Source: Thermoplasmata archaeon (GTDB lineage Archaea > Thermoplasmatota > Thermoplasmata > Lutacidiplasmatales > UBA184). Taken from it: a stretch of 64,000 nucleotides of DNA. The position numbers were made by a program, and so were the translations under genes. How positions within the stretch are numbered: the stretch's first letter is position 1; every line of letters starts with the position of its first letter. The DNA lies in NCBI GenBank assembly GCA_021817245.1, contig JAKAVQ010000001.1:212265-276264 (forward strand). The letters are read 5' to 3'. Shown here one piece after another: positions 1-9,804 of the stretch. The notes beneath the pieces are model-generated. The model was not told where the DNA came from and did no database searches. It saw only the letters and a list, made by a program, of their open reading frames with translations.

Positions 1-321
1 GAGTCGGTCCATCCGGGAGTCGAGCCCTTGGCGGGCCGTCCCGAGAAGGTCGATGTCGTGGGAGAGCGTGGAGAGCCGCGCCGAGACGTTCCCGGCCCAC
101 AGATCGAATCGGCGGGTCGTGACCAGGTCAAAGTCCTCGACGATGTGCGGGAACCGGTCCTTGAAGTAGAGACCCAGGTGGCTGACGCCGGCCCGCTCGT
201 ACGCCCGACGCCGGCGGCTGTCCCGCAGTATCCAGGCGACGATCCAAGTGACCGCCGCGGCCAGCGCGACGATCAGGATCGCCACCAGCACCCCGACGAC
301 GACCGTGATGGTGTCGACCAT
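1..321 (-). CDS. Membrane-anchored small coiled-coil protein (3' end runs off window); paralog of neighbouring gene
   Basis: Not in ORF track; read by hand from ATG 321 with RBS GGGAGG: MVDTITVVVGVLVAILIVALAAAVTWIVAWILRD...YFKDRFPHIVEDFDLVTTRRF...; N-terminal TM helix. Confidence 0.8.
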   Translation of the reverse strand, partial: MVDTITVVVGVLVAILIVALAAAVTWIVAWILRDSRRRRAYERAGVSHLGLYFKDRFPHIVEDFDLVTTRRFDLWAGNVSARLSTLSHDIDLLGTARQGLDSRMDRL

Positions 322-331
322 GGTTCCTCCC

Positions 332-607
332 TCACCTCGCCCCTAGGCCGTACTTGACCTCGAGACGCGAGAGCCGCTTCTGGATCGTCTCGAGTCGGCG
401 GACCGAGGCTCCCCGCCAGCCCTCCAGGTCCGCGATCCGGTCGTGGTGGCGACCGATCTGCTCGTCCAGGGGCCGGATACGCTCCTCGGTCGCGAGCTCG
501 TGCTCGCGGATCAGACGGGGCATCTGCTCGGTGAGATACTGGTCGAGCCGGTGGGTGGGACCGCGGTCCCGGACGTAGGCCCGGGTCCGTTCTCCGATGT
601 TCGGCAT
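332..607 (-). CDS. Small coiled-coil hypothetical protein (91 aa)
   Basis: C-terminal part of ORF 332..1123; ATG 607 with GGAGAGGAG RBS; MPNIGERT...YLTEQMPRLIREHELATEERI...; heptad pattern. Confidence 0.8.
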   Translation of the reverse strand: MPNIGERTRAYVRDRGPTHRLDQYLTEQMPRLIREHELATEERIRPLDEQIGRHHDRIADLEGWRGASVRRLETIQKRLSRLEVKYGLGAR

Positions 608-609
608 CT

Positions 610-1011
610 TCACTCCTCTCCTTCGGACGGGAGTTTCTTGGGACGCAGCTTCCGCTCGATGCCGCGGCCGAGGTCCCGCGCGCCTTCGCGCACGATGACC
701 GCCGCAGGGAGGTACGGGCGGATCTCCACCTGCTCCCCGATGGCGACGCCGAGACGCCGCATGTCGGGCTCGCGCAGCAGGATCTCGTCCCTCCCGATCC
801 GCTCGTCGGCGAACAGTCGGAGGGCGAGCGTCCTCTTCCCGAAGTTCACCTCCACGAGCGTGTTCGACGCGAGACCGAGCTCGGCCCGGACGGACTCGTG
901 GATGCGGACCGCCCCGCCGGGGCGGATGTCGCTCGAGCGGACGGTGAGCGGGCGGCCTCCGATCCCCATCTGTGGCGCATGTTCGGGCACCGCTTCCTTC
1001 GCTGTGGCCAT
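610..1011 (-). CDS. Stand-alone double-psi beta-barrel protein (CDC48/VAT N-domain-like)
   Basis: ATG 1011 with CAGGAGG RBS; two internal repeats VRIHESVRAELGLASNTLVEV / ILLREPDMRRLGVAIGEQVEI matching the DPBB pattern. Confidence 0.7.
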   Translation of the reverse strand: MATAKEAVPEHAPQMGIGGRPLTVRSSDIRPGGAVRIHESVRAELGLASNTLVEVNFGKRTLALRLFADERIGRDEILLREPDMRRLGVAIGEQVEIRPYLPAAVIVREGARDLGRGIERKLRPKKLPSEGEE

Positions 1012-1410
1012 GAGTTTCCCTCCTGTTTTCCCGGTCCGAAGACCGCGACGCGGGCCGGGGGCCATCGCCCCGCTCGGCCTTCGGCCTCGTCGGGTCTCCC
1101 GATCGCTGGTTGTGGGTGCCCATCGGGAGCGCGCGACATAAATGGTCCGTTCACTGTATTTCACGGTGCGATTCCCCCGCAATTCCGGCGCGGAAACGGT
1201 CGTCCTATCGTGAGTGAGGATGGCTCCCGGTGCGGCGCTCCCGCCCCCCCGCGGTCGAGCCGTTCGGCTGAAGTGGCGCCGTCCGCCGGGGTCGTCGGGC
1301 TCCGGGGGCCAGGGCGCGGAAGATCCTCCCCGCGGGGGCCGAAGGGCGGAGGATGGGCCCGGCACGGTCCCGGCGCGGAGGGCCGAGGTGCGGGTCGCCC
1401 CGACCCCCCT

Positions 1411-4400
1411 TCATCGCGGAACTTCTCTCGGCTCCCCATCGCCGGCGGCCGATTCGCCCTGCGGCACCGAGCGCTCAACAGACCCCTGCGTCCCGGTGGA
1501 GGCGCCAGGACCCGGCGGCGGGGCCTCGAAGCCCCGAACCCGACGCTGCCACGCCCAGACCGCCGCAGCCCCGAGCACGATCAGACCCACGACGATGATC
1601 GTCCACGCCGCCCACGAACCCGGATTCTCGAGGTCGAGGACCGAGGTGGGGGAGGCGTCGACGGTGAAGCTCACCTCGCTCGAGTCGCGCGCCCCGACCG
1701 CGTCCGTGAGGTAGACGGTCACGTCGTGGCTCCCCCAGGTCGAGGTCGGGCAGTCGACGCTCGGGCGATCGTTCGCGACACACCCCTCGGGCAACCCGCT
1801 GTAGGCGTACGAGTACGGTTCTACCCCACCGGACACCTCGGTGGTCAGGGAGACGATAGCGCCGGCGCGAACGTGGCCCGCGCTCGCCGCGAACCGGTCG
1901 ATGTTCGGGAGCGGTTCCACGACGACCGTGACGCTGGTCTCCGACGACGCGCCGATCGTATCGTTGGCCCAGAGGGCGATCGTGTAGGTCCCCGGCTCGC
2001 GGAACGCGTGGTAGGCCGTCGCTCCCTCGCCGGATTGCCCGTCGCCGTAGCTCCACTGCCAGGCAAGATCGCCGGTGCCGCCGACGGCGGCCCCGGAGAA
2101 CTGCACGGGGAAACCGATGTCGGTGTGGTACGGTGCGGCAGAGCTCGCGGAGATCGAGGGGAGTGGGTTGACCACCACGACGGCGGTCGCGGCGGCCGCC
2201 TGTTCGAACGCATCGTCGACCTCGAGGTGGACCTCGTAGGTCCCGGAGAGACCGTAGGTATGGGTCGCCTCGGCCGTCTCTCCGACGGCGCCGTCTCCGA
2301 ACGACCAGTGGGCCCGGTGCGGCCCCACGCCGTCGAAGATATGGGCCGTGAAGTTCACCGGGAACCCGACGTCCGTCTCGAGGTGGGATGCCTGCACCTG
2401 GACCGACACGCGGCCCTTCACTTCGATGCCCGCCGCGGAGGAGGAGGCGGTGCCTCCGAAGCTGTGCGCCCCGAAGGTCACCGAGTAGTTGCCCGAGGCA
2501 CCGAACGTGTGGTTCGTGCTGGCACCGGTCGATCTCGTTCCGTCCCCGAAGTCCCAGTGGGTGCGCACGGGAGGCGCCCCTCCCGAGACCTCGGCGGAGT
2601 ACGCCCCCGAGACGCCGACCTCCGCATACGATCCTGCGGGGTGCCAGCTCGCCACGAGCGACGGGTAGACCCACGTGGAGAGGGTCCGGCGGCTGACGTT
2701 CCCGTTCGCATCGGTGACGGTCAGGCTGACCGGTCGTTCGACCGCGGTCGAGGCCGCGGTCGCGTAGGCGTGGAGCGGCGCAGCCTCCGTGCTCGTGTTC
2801 CCATCTCCGAAGTCCCACCCGTACGTGTAGGGGGTCGTCCCGCCGTAGATGGCGACCTGGTACTGCACCTCCACTCCCGCGTCGACGACCGGGTGGGTCA
2901 GCATCGGCTGAGCGAGCAGGACGATCCACGCCCACGTGTCGGAACGGACGGACGACCCGTCGAACCCTCCGAACGCGATCAGGTAACCGTCCGAGGGGCT
3001 ATAGATCGAAGCGCCGCCCGATCGGGGGGCCGGCGAAGTGGCCTCTGTCTCCCCCTCGGTAACCTCCCCGCGACCTTCGGGGGGTCCGCCGCCTCCCTCC
3101 GAGGCCGCGGGCGGGATGAGCTCCCAGGTGCCGCCGACGAACTTCCACATGTCGTTGATGGAGGCGTTCGTCAGGTTCGTGCCTCCGACCAGGACCGCAC
3201 TCGGCGACGGGACCGTCGGATTCCATGCCAGGCTCGCGTTCGAACGCGCGGACGGGCCCGAGTCGGAGAACGCGGTCCACTGCGAGGGGCCGGAGCCGTT
3301 CGGCGCGGTGACCTCCCAGGTGTCGCCGAGGTAGCCGCTCTCGCCGAGCCCGCCGAAGATCAGGACCGCGCCGGTCGCGGGGTCGAAGGTCGACGAAGCG
3401 AACGCCCGCGCGGACGGGGAGTACTCGTGTCCGGAAGACCCGGCGCGCTCGACCGGGGCCCAGCCCGGGACCGAAGCGTTGAACTGCCAGGTGTCCGAGA
3501 GATAGCCGGACGCTCCGAGTCCTCCGTAGAGGAAGAGCGAGCCCGTGGCCCCGTCGGGCGAGAGGACCATCCCGCTCCGCGGGCTGGGGGCGTCGGTCAC
3601 GGCGAGCGGAGTCCAGGTCCCGTTCGCGTACGCCCAGGTGTCTCCCAGGTAGGCGCCGTCGTACCCTCCGAAGAGAACGACAAACCCCTGCGTGCGGTCG
3701 GTTCCGTTCTGCACGTACGCGAGGCCCGCGTTCGCCCGAGGCGGCGGCGCGACCCCGCGGACGGGCGCCGGTGACCATACGCCCCGGGCATAGGTCCACG
3801 TGTCACTGAGGTATCCCGTCTCGGAGGAGCCGCCGAAAAGGAGCACCTCGCCGGTCGCGCCGTCCAGCGCGACGCTGGCCCCCGCCCGTGCGGCGATTTG
3901 GGCGTCGGCCGACCGTTGTGTCCAGCCGGAGTCCCCGAACAGCCAGACGTCGGCGTAGGCCCCCGAACCGCCGGTGCCGCCGAAAAGGACGACCTGCTCC
4001 AGGTTCGGGTCGTAGGCCATCATCGCTCCGGCGCGGGCCGAAGGTCCGGGGGGAAGCAGGTGCCAGCTCGCACCGCGGAACGCCCACGCGTCGCCGAGCG
4101 GTCCCGATGCGCCCTGGCCCCCGACCAGGACGATCTGGCGGTTCGCATCGTCCCACGTGACGGCCGCCGAACTACGGGCGGCCGGCGCGACCGCGCCGAC
4201 GGTCGAGGTGGCGTCCGTCCAGGCGCCCTCCCGGAACGTCCAGGTGTCGTTGAGGGGACGCCCGTTGAAGGCACCCCCGAAGAGGACGAGTTCGCCGAGC
4301 GCGGGGTCGTAGACCAGCGACGCATTGGCCCGGGGGCCGGGCGAGATTGCCAGCGGCGCTTGGGTCCAAGAGCCGCCCGCGTAGTACCAGGTGTCGCCGA

Positions 4401-5241
4401 AGTACGTCGAGCTGACCGCGCCGCCCTGATGGGTCGTCGAGTAGCCCCCGTAGAGCACGACGACATGGTCGGCCGGGTCGTAGGCCAGTGCCGCCCCCGC
4501 GCGGGGGGCCGGAGAGACCGGCAGGTCTCGCAGCCAGCTCCAGGCCCCGGACTGGTACGTCCAGGTCTCGGAGAGGTAGTGCGCGCCGCGGTACCCGCCG
4601 AACAGGAGGACATAGTCATCGAGGCCATCGTAGGCCATGCTGATGCCGGCATGGACGCTCAGGCTGGAGGCGATGAACAGCCGGGTCCAGTTCCCGTTCT
4701 GGTACTCCCAGGTGTCGCCGAGGGCCTCCCCCGATGCGATCCCGCCGAAGAGGATCTCGCTCTGAGTCACTGGATCGTAAACGAAACCGCCCGCACTGCG
4801 GGCATGCGCCACCGATAGCCACGTACCATTGCCGACGGCTTCGGTCCCGTTCTCCCCGCCGGTGTCGCCTTCTCCGGGGTTCGTGATCGTGAGGCCGGTG
4901 CCGCCTTCGGAACTGCTCGCGCCCGGCCCGCCGAGCACGCTCGGAGACGGGGAGGAACGCGGTGCGCAGACCACCTGCGTCTCGGTGATCGGGACGCAGT
5001 CAAGGGTTGCGTCGGACGGCGAGCGCTCGCCGTTGCCGAGAGTTCCCAGCGCGGGGTCCAGCTCCGACGGCGAGGTCGGGTCTCCCGCGCTGACCGCGGC
5101 CATCGGTGGCGGACTCGACAAACCTCCCGTGAGCGACCCTCCGACGGGGACCGCCATCAAGACGGCCACAAGGAGGGGAAGGAAGGGAACGGCCGGCGAA
5201 CGGCGAGCCCAGAGATGAGACGGCGATTCCGCTGCGCGCAT
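1411..5241 (-). CDS. Cell-surface protein: Kelch-like beta-propellers + PKD domains + C-terminal TM anchor
   Basis: N-terminal hydrophobic signal; 12 repeats of hh(F/Y/V)GG...DTW...PxAR; four W(D/S)(F/Y)GDG PKD motifs; YSGLPEGC Ig-like domain; TM AAWTIIVVGLIVLGAAAVWAW. Confidence 0.9.
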   Translation of the reverse strand: MRAAESPSHLWARRSPAVPFLPLLVAVLMAVPVGGSLTGGLSSPPPMAAVSAGDPTSPSELDPALGTLGNGERSPSDATLDCVPITETQVVCAPRSSPSPSVLGGPGASSSEGGTGLTITNPGEGDTGGENGTEAVGNGTWLSVAHARSAGGFVYDPVTQSEILFGGIASGEALGDTWEYQNGNWTRLFIASSLSVHAGISMAYDGLDDYVLLFGGYRGAHYLSETWTYQSGAWSWLRDLPVSPAPRAGAALAYDPADHVVVLYGGYSTTHQGGAVSSTYFGDTWYYAGGSWTQAPLAISPGPRANASLVYDPALGELVLFGGAFNGRPLNDTWTFREGAWTDATSTVGAVAPAARSSAAVTWDDANRQIVLVGGQGASGPLGDAWAFRGASWHLLPPGPSARAGAMMAYDPNLEQVVLFGGTGGSGAYADVWLFGDSGWTQRSADAQIAARAGASVALDGATGEVLLFGGSSETGYLSDTWTYARGVWSPAPVRGVAPPPRANAGLAYVQNGTDRTQGFVVLFGGYDGAYLGDTWAYANGTWTPLAVTDAPSPRSGMVLSPDGATGSLFLYGGLGASGYLSDTWQFNASVPGWAPVERAGSSGHEYSPSARAFASSTFDPATGAVLIFGGLGESGYLGDTWEVTAPNGSGPSQWTAFSDSGPSARSNASLAWNPTVPSPSAVLVGGTNLTNASINDMWKFVGGTWELIPPAASEGGGGPPEGRGEVTEGETEATSPAPRSGGASIYSPSDGYLIAFGGFDGSSVRSDTWAWIVLLAQPMLTHPVVDAGVEVQYQVAIYGGTTPYTYGWDFGDGNTSTEAAPLHAYATAASTAVERPVSLTVTDANGNVSRRTLSTWVYPSLVASWHPAGSYAEVGVSGAYSAEVSGGAPPVRTHWDFGDGTRSTGASTNHTFGASGNYSVTFGAHSFGGTASSSAAGIEVKGRVSVQVQASHLETDVGFPVNFTAHIFDGVGPHRAHWSFGDGAVGETAEATHTYGLSGTYEVHLEVDDAFEQAAAATAVVVVNPLPSISASSAAPYHTDIGFPVQFSGAAVGGTGDLAWQWSYGDGQSGEGATAYHAFREPGTYTIALWANDTIGASSETSVTVVVEPLPNIDRFAASAGHVRAGAIVSLTTEVSGGVEPYSYAYSGLPEGCVANDRPSVDCPTSTWGSHDVTVYLTDAVGARDSSEVSFTVDASPTSVLDLENPGSWAAWTIIVVGLIVLGAAAVWAWQRRVRGFEAPPPGPGASTGTQGSVERSVPQGESAAGDGEPREVPR

Positions 5242-5414
5242 CAAAGGAGAATCACCGAGGCCCGCCGATTTACAGCCTCGGTCAACCCCGGTTGATTCGA
5301 GGTCTCGGCCGGCGGGGATCGAGGGGACGGCCCGCCTTCGCGGGGCCCCCCCCCCGCCTCCCCTCCAGGAAGAAAGCCGGTCGCGCGGCGGCCGAAAGGA
5401 GTTCGGTCGCGCAA

Positions 5415-5436
5415 CACGTCATCTTACGTTGACATG
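5415..5436. promoter_or_regulatory. Imperfect palindrome, candidate transcription-factor site
   Basis: CACGTCA-TCTTACGT-TGACATG just upstream of a TTTAC TATA-like element and the ATG at 5477. Confidence 0.35.
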
Positions 5437-5476
5437 AACCCTTTACGGGGTCCCGCGCTCCACGACGCGATGGCCT

Positions 5477-6811
5477 ATGTTCGCGGGATTGGATTCACCG
5501 GTTCGTAGCGTCGTGACGGTTGCGCTGCTGCTGACCGCATCGTTCCTTGGCGCATGGGCGGGAGCGGTGCCGGTCGCCGCGGGGGCCTCGGTGCCGGTCG
5601 TTCTCGCCGACTCCTGGGCGTTCGGCGCGGAGAAGTGGTTCAATCTCTCCGTGAGCACGCCTCAGGGGATCCATGTCATCCAGGCGTTCATGGGCTGGTA
5701 CTCGATCTTCGAGCGCACCAATGTCTCCTCCACGGTCACTCAGCTGAGCGTGGAGAACACCGTCGTCTCCAACTTCTCGGCGCAGTACTGCTCGCCGGAT
5801 TGCTCCTCGCCCCAGGTCAACGTGATCCTCCAGCACGCCACGTACGAGCACGTGCTCGGCTACCTCAATCTGACCCGCGCCGGCACGGTCTACGAGGGCG
5901 GCACGGCGGTGCCGGCGATCGCCCTGCTCGACTCCTCCGCGAGCGCGAACGGATGGGCCCGTTCGTCCGCGGACATCACGGTCGTCACTCCGCAGGGAAC
6001 GAAGCACGCGACCGAATCGTTCAGTGCCCAGGGCCAAGCGGCCGCGAGCCTCGCGTTCTCTCCGGCGCTCGGGCTGATCCCCTTGACGCTGAATCTCGGC
6101 GACACCTGGAACGCCACGAGCGCCTACACGGGCAGCGGCGCCTGGTCGGTAGGGTGGACCTACGAGAAGACCAACGCGAGCGGCGCGACCGTCGTGATCT
6201 CGGGAACTCCCTCGGGCAGCCTCAACGCGACCGGTGAGGTCTCGGTCGAAGGCACGGTCGTCGGCTCGATGCCGCTCCCGGGCGGGGTAGTCGTGCCGAC
6301 GGTCCTCCTGTCGTTCTCGAGCGACCTCGAGGTGCTCGACGGGATGATCATCCTTCCGCGGGGCGCCGGCTTCTTCGACGGCGCAGTCCAGCCGTGGGAC
6401 CAGTACCGGCTCGGCTTCGCCTCGCTCCAGATGCACCAGCTCGGCGTCCAGTACAACCCGGTCTCGGGCTCCTTCCGCCTTGTCGCGGCGACCGGCCTCT
6501 ACGGAACGAGCGACACCTCGGTGTCGATGGGCGACCAGATGCGTGCCTCGGTCGGTGTCGGAATGACGCCCTCGGTCGTCAACTCGACCCCCGGGGTCAC
6601 CGCCACCGAGGTCGCCGCAACCCCGGTGAGCGTCGCCGACGCCGAGACCGCGACGGCGTGCTTCAGCACCGGAGCCTCCTGCGGCGCGACCGCGCCGGCG
6701 TCGAGCGGTTCGGGGGACTTCACCTGGGTCTACCTCGCCATCGGGATCGCGGCGGTCCTCATCGTGGTCGCTGCCTCGGGATACCTGGTCCTGAGCCGGC
6801 GCCGGCCATAG
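5477..6811 (+). CDS. Secreted, C-terminally anchored hypothetical surface protein
   Basis: Signal peptide, Ser/Thr/Gly-rich beta-like body with NxS/T sequons, C-terminal TM followed by RRRP. Confidence 0.85.
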   Translation: MFAGLDSPVRSVVTVALLLTASFLGAWAGAVPVAAGASVPVVLADSWAFGAEKWFNLSVSTPQGIHVIQAFMGWYSIFERTNVSSTVTQLSVENTVVSNFSAQYCSPDCSSPQVNVILQHATYEHVLGYLNLTRAGTVYEGGTAVPAIALLDSSASANGWARSSADITVVTPQGTKHATESFSAQGQAAASLAFSPALGLIPLTLNLGDTWNATSAYTGSGAWSVGWTYEKTNASGATVVISGTPSGSLNATGEVSVEGTVVGSMPLPGGVVVPTVLLSFSSDLEVLDGMIILPRGAGFFDGAVQPWDQYRLGFASLQMHQLGVQYNPVSGSFRLVAATGLYGTSDTSVSMGDQMRASVGVGMTPSVVNSTPGVTATEVAATPVSVADAETATACFSTGASCGATAPASSGSGDFTWVYLAIGIAAVLIVVAASGYLVLSRRRP

Positions 6812-6908
6812 CCCGGGGAGCGCCCCGAGATCGGCCGCGGGAATTCGCCGGGCAGCCCCGGACGAGACGGCTCCCCGGCGTACCGCGTTGGCCGCGGGTC
6901 CGTCCGCC

Positions 6909-7730
6909 TCACTTCCCGGGGGGAGGGTACGCACACGCGCTCGCGGGGGCCGGACAGGCGCTCGCGGCGACGGGGCGGGCGATTGCGCTCAGGAAGACCC
7001 CGTAGGGACTCGACGGGGGAAACTGGTTCCCGCTTCCGAGGTACAGCCCCGCAAGGGAGAAGTACGCACGGAACGCGGCCGCGCCCTGGCAGTTCGTCCC
7101 GCACCCGTCGCAGACCTCGGGGTTGCTCCCATCGGCCCGCGGATCGACCGTCATCTCGGCGATCTCGTGGCTGACCGCCTCCGCGTAGAGATCGGTCGGG
7201 TCCCCGAGGGCAAAGCCGGACCCGAGCAGGTTCACGAAGCTGTACGGGACGGTCGCGAGGCCGTGGTAGCCGAGCACGCCGACGCCCCCGGATTCCTTCG
7301 CGTCGCGATTCACCAGGCCGGGAGGATTGAGCACGAGGATCGCCGCGCCCGGTCCGAGGCGTTCCGCGATCACGAGCGCGTTGACCCACTGCTGGAGGTC
7401 GGCGTCGGAGTACTCCCCTCCGACCGTCGCCACCGTCCTCAAGGGAAGCGGGGGGCCCAGCGCGAGGGAGTTCGGACCGTACTGCGACGCGTAGGCCGAG
7501 ATTGGAGGAAGGACGTGCCCAAGGTACGCCCGTACGACCGCACTGTCGGCGGCAGCGACGGTGGCCGGTGCACCGGCGCCGGTGAACGCGAGGTTCGCGA
7601 GATAGACGGTCCCCGAGAGCAGCGGCCCGGACACGCTCGCGGTCGGAGGGGTCGGGGCGCGGCCCAATGCCCGATCGCGGGTCGTCTTCCATCGACGAGT
7701 CACGCACACTCGCGCGCCCACCTTGCCCAC
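6909..7730 (-). CDS. Hypothetical protein, Phi-1/EXORDIUM-like (zincin-like HExxE)
   Basis: Motifs GYHG, SHEIAEMTVDP, EVCDGC; start uncertain. Confidence 0.6.
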   Translation of the reverse strand: MGKVGARVCVTRRWKTTRDRALGRAPTPPTASVSGPLLSGTVYLANLAFTGAGAPATVAAADSAVVRAYLGHVLPPISAYASQYGPNSLALGPPLPLRTVATVGGEYSDADLQQWVNALVIAERLGPGAAILVLNPPGLVNRDAKESGGVGVLGYHGLATVPYSFVNLLGSGFALGDPTDLYAEAVSHEIAEMTVDPRADGSNPEVCDGCGTNCQGAAAFRAYFSLAGLYLGSGNQFPPSSPYGVFLSAIARPVAASACPAPASACAYPPPGK

Positions 7731-7934
7731 CCTCGATCGGAATCCCCTGCCGTACCGGTGGCCGGTCGATAAGCTCTCGGTGCGATGGCGCGAGCACGGG
7801 CCGTCGCGCCTCCGAGCTCCCCGCGCCGAGGTTCCGCCGGTTTCCGCCCGAGCGGAGGAGCGACCCGGCGCCGGGAACGTCGGAGCGGGGATTATCTCGG
7901 GCTAAGGGCTGGGGACCCCGCGAAGGGCATCGAC

Positions 7935-8453
7935 GTGGGAGCGAGCTCCGGCGTCCATCCGCGGGTTCCGTCCGGCCACGACGGCTGCGCCCAAGTCCCG
8001 GGGGATCCGCTGGTCCGATTCGAGCTCTCCCGCCTCGATCTCTCCCGGTCGGAGCGGCTCATCTACCGTCTTTTCGAGGAGAGCCGGGCACGATGGCGCG
8101 CGCTCGAGACCGACCCGGGGAGCCAGATCCTCTTTCGGCAAGAGGGCACGGACCATTTCCGTAGCGTGGTCTGGGTTAACCCGAGCCGCCTGACCTCGGC
8201 GATCGATGTCCGCCGACGGTCTCCCGAAGCGATGATCTCCCACGGCCACCAGCTGCGCGGCGACGAGGTCAACTGCGCGATCCACCGGTACCGGGTCTCG
8301 GGAGAGGGAACGTCGGGACAGCTCCGGGAACGGGTCGAGCTGCGGTCGACGAGCCGCGTCGCGACCTTCTACCGAAAGCGGACCGAGCGCGACGCGATCC
8401 GCGCGGCGGAAGCGCGCCTCGACGAGCTCCTTCGGGAGTTCCGCGGGGCGTGA
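7935..8453 (+). CDS. Hypothetical protein, possibly SRPBCC/START-like fold
   Basis: Protein-like C-terminal ~150 aa of ORF 7785..8453 (strand-rich core plus C-terminal helix); start uncertain (GTG 7935 or CTG 8010). Confidence 0.45.
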   Translation: MGASSGVHPRVPSGHDGCAQVPGDPLVRFELSRLDLSRSERLIYRLFEESRARWRALETDPGSQILFRQEGTDHFRSVVWVNPSRLTSAIDVRRRSPEAMISHGHQLRGDEVNCAIHRYRVSGEGTSGQLRERVELRSTSRVATFYRKRTERDAIRAAEARLDELLREFRGA

Positions 8454-8460
8454 GCCGGCC

Positions 8461-9804
8461 CTACCAGCGGGCCGGACGCGGGCGGCGACCGCCCGAAGGC
8501 GCCGGTGCCCCGGACGAGGGCCGCCGCCGGGCGTTTCGGGGGCCGCCGCCCCGGCGATCGCCGCGGCCGAACCGGCCCCGCATGCGGTCGCCCCGGCCCA
8601 TCGGTTCGGCCAGGCGGGGCGGCGGTGCCTGACGGTAGTCAAACCCCGGCAACGTCGATCGGGGGACCGAGAAGCCGAGCAGACGCTCGATGCCTGCGAA
8701 ATCGGCCGCCTCTTCGGGCGCCAGGAGCGTGTACGCATCGCCGCGGCGCTGGGCCCGCGCGGTCCGTCCGACCCGATGGATGTACGCCTCGGGTTCGTGC
8801 GGCACATCGAAGTTCACGACGTGGGAGACTCCCTCTACATCGATCCCCCGCGCGGCGATGTCGGTCGCGACCAGCACGCGATGCTCCCCTCCCCGGAACC
8901 CTTCGAGCGCGCGCTGCCGCTGGCTCTGGCTCCGGTTCCCGTGGATGACCCCGGCCGACAGCCCCCAGTGGCCGAGCTGGCGGGCCAGTCGGTCGGCACG
9001 ATGCTTCGTGCGGGTGAAGACGAGCACGCTCGTCATCGTCTCGTCGGCGAGGAGCTCGCGGAGCAGGAGGGCCTTGAGGTGGCCGGCCACCGGCAACGCG
9101 AGGTGCGAGACTCCGACGGCGGCCACGACCTTCGGGTCGACGTGGACCATCCGCGGGTCGCGCAGGAAATCCCGCGAGAGACGGACGACCTCGGGCGGCA
9201 TCGTCGCGGAGAACAGCATCGTCTGCCGGTGGGTCGGCAAGGTGGCGAGGATGCGCCGCACATCGGGGAGGAAGCCCATGTCGAGCATCCGGTCGGCCTC
9301 GTCGAGGACCAGGATCCGCAGCTCCCGGAAATCGACGTATCCCCGTTCCATGTGGTCGAGCAGGCGCCCCGGCGTAGCGACGATGATCTCGGTCCCCCCG
9401 CGCAGCGCGCGGACCTGGGGCTCCATCCCGACCCCCCCGTAGACGGCGGCGCCGCGGACCCGGGTGTACCGACCGAGCTTTCCCAAGAACTGCTCGGCCT
9501 GCACCGCAAGCTCGCGCGTCGGGGTGAGGACCAACGCGTGGATCCGGCCGGGCGGCATATCGAGCGTGCGCTCCAGGATCGGCAGCAGGAACGCGGCGGT
9601 CTTTCCGGTACCGGTCTGCGCCGTCGCGACGACGTCCCGGCCGAGGACCGCTTCGGGGATCGCCCGGCTCTGGATCGGGGTCGCGGAGTGGTAACCCATC
9701 TCCCGAGCGCCTCGGCGGAGTTCCGGACGCAGCGGGAGCTCCTCGATGGGAACGTTCGTCGACTCGGGAGCGTCCCGAGACTGCTCGGTGTCGGACGTGG
9801 GCAC
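8461..9804 (-). CDS. DEAD-box ATP-dependent RNA helicase (RhlE-like)
   Basis: Q motif TPIQ, AQTGTGKT, PTRELA, TPGRL, DEAD, SAT, ARGID, HRVGRTAR; RG-rich tail; GTG 9804 lies downstream of a TTATC element. Confidence 0.95.
   Translation of the reverse strand: MPTSDTEQSRDAPESTNVPIEELPLRPELRRGAREMGYHSATPIQSRAIPEAVLGRDVVATAQTGTGKTAAFLLPILERTLDMPPGRIHALVLTPTRELAVQAEQFLGKLGRYTRVRGAAVYGGVGMEPQVRALRGGTEIIVATPGRLLDHMERGYVDFRELRILVLDEADRMLDMGFLPDVRRILATLPTHRQTMLFSATMPPEVVRLSRDFLRDPRMVHVDPKVVAAVGVSHLALPVAGHLKALLLRELLADETMTSVLVFTRTKHRADRLARQLGHWGLSAGVIHGNRSQSQRQRALEGFRGGEHRVLVATDIAARGIDVEGVSHVVNFDVPHEPEAYIHRVGRTARAQRRGDAYTLLAPEEAADFAGIERLLGFSVPRSTLPGFDYRQAPPPRLAEPMGRGDRMRGRFGRGDRRGGGPRNARRRPSSGAPAPSGGRRPRPARW

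Noticed and set aside
898-3774. 958-aa + strand ORF
   Set aside because: Antisense shadow of the Kelch/PKD gene; R/G/P-rich with no motifs, as expected at high GC.
2940-4800. Recurrent CCAGGTGTC-like DNA repeats considered as a CRISPR array
   Set aside because: Short, degenerate and in frame; they encode the DTW motif of Kelch blades, with about 150-nt spacing and no cas genes.
5250-5370. Inverted repeats and a C10 run upstream of the Kelch gene, considered as structured RNA or phase-variation tract
   Set aside because: No recognisable RNA motif; the C run is not within a CDS or an evident promoter core.
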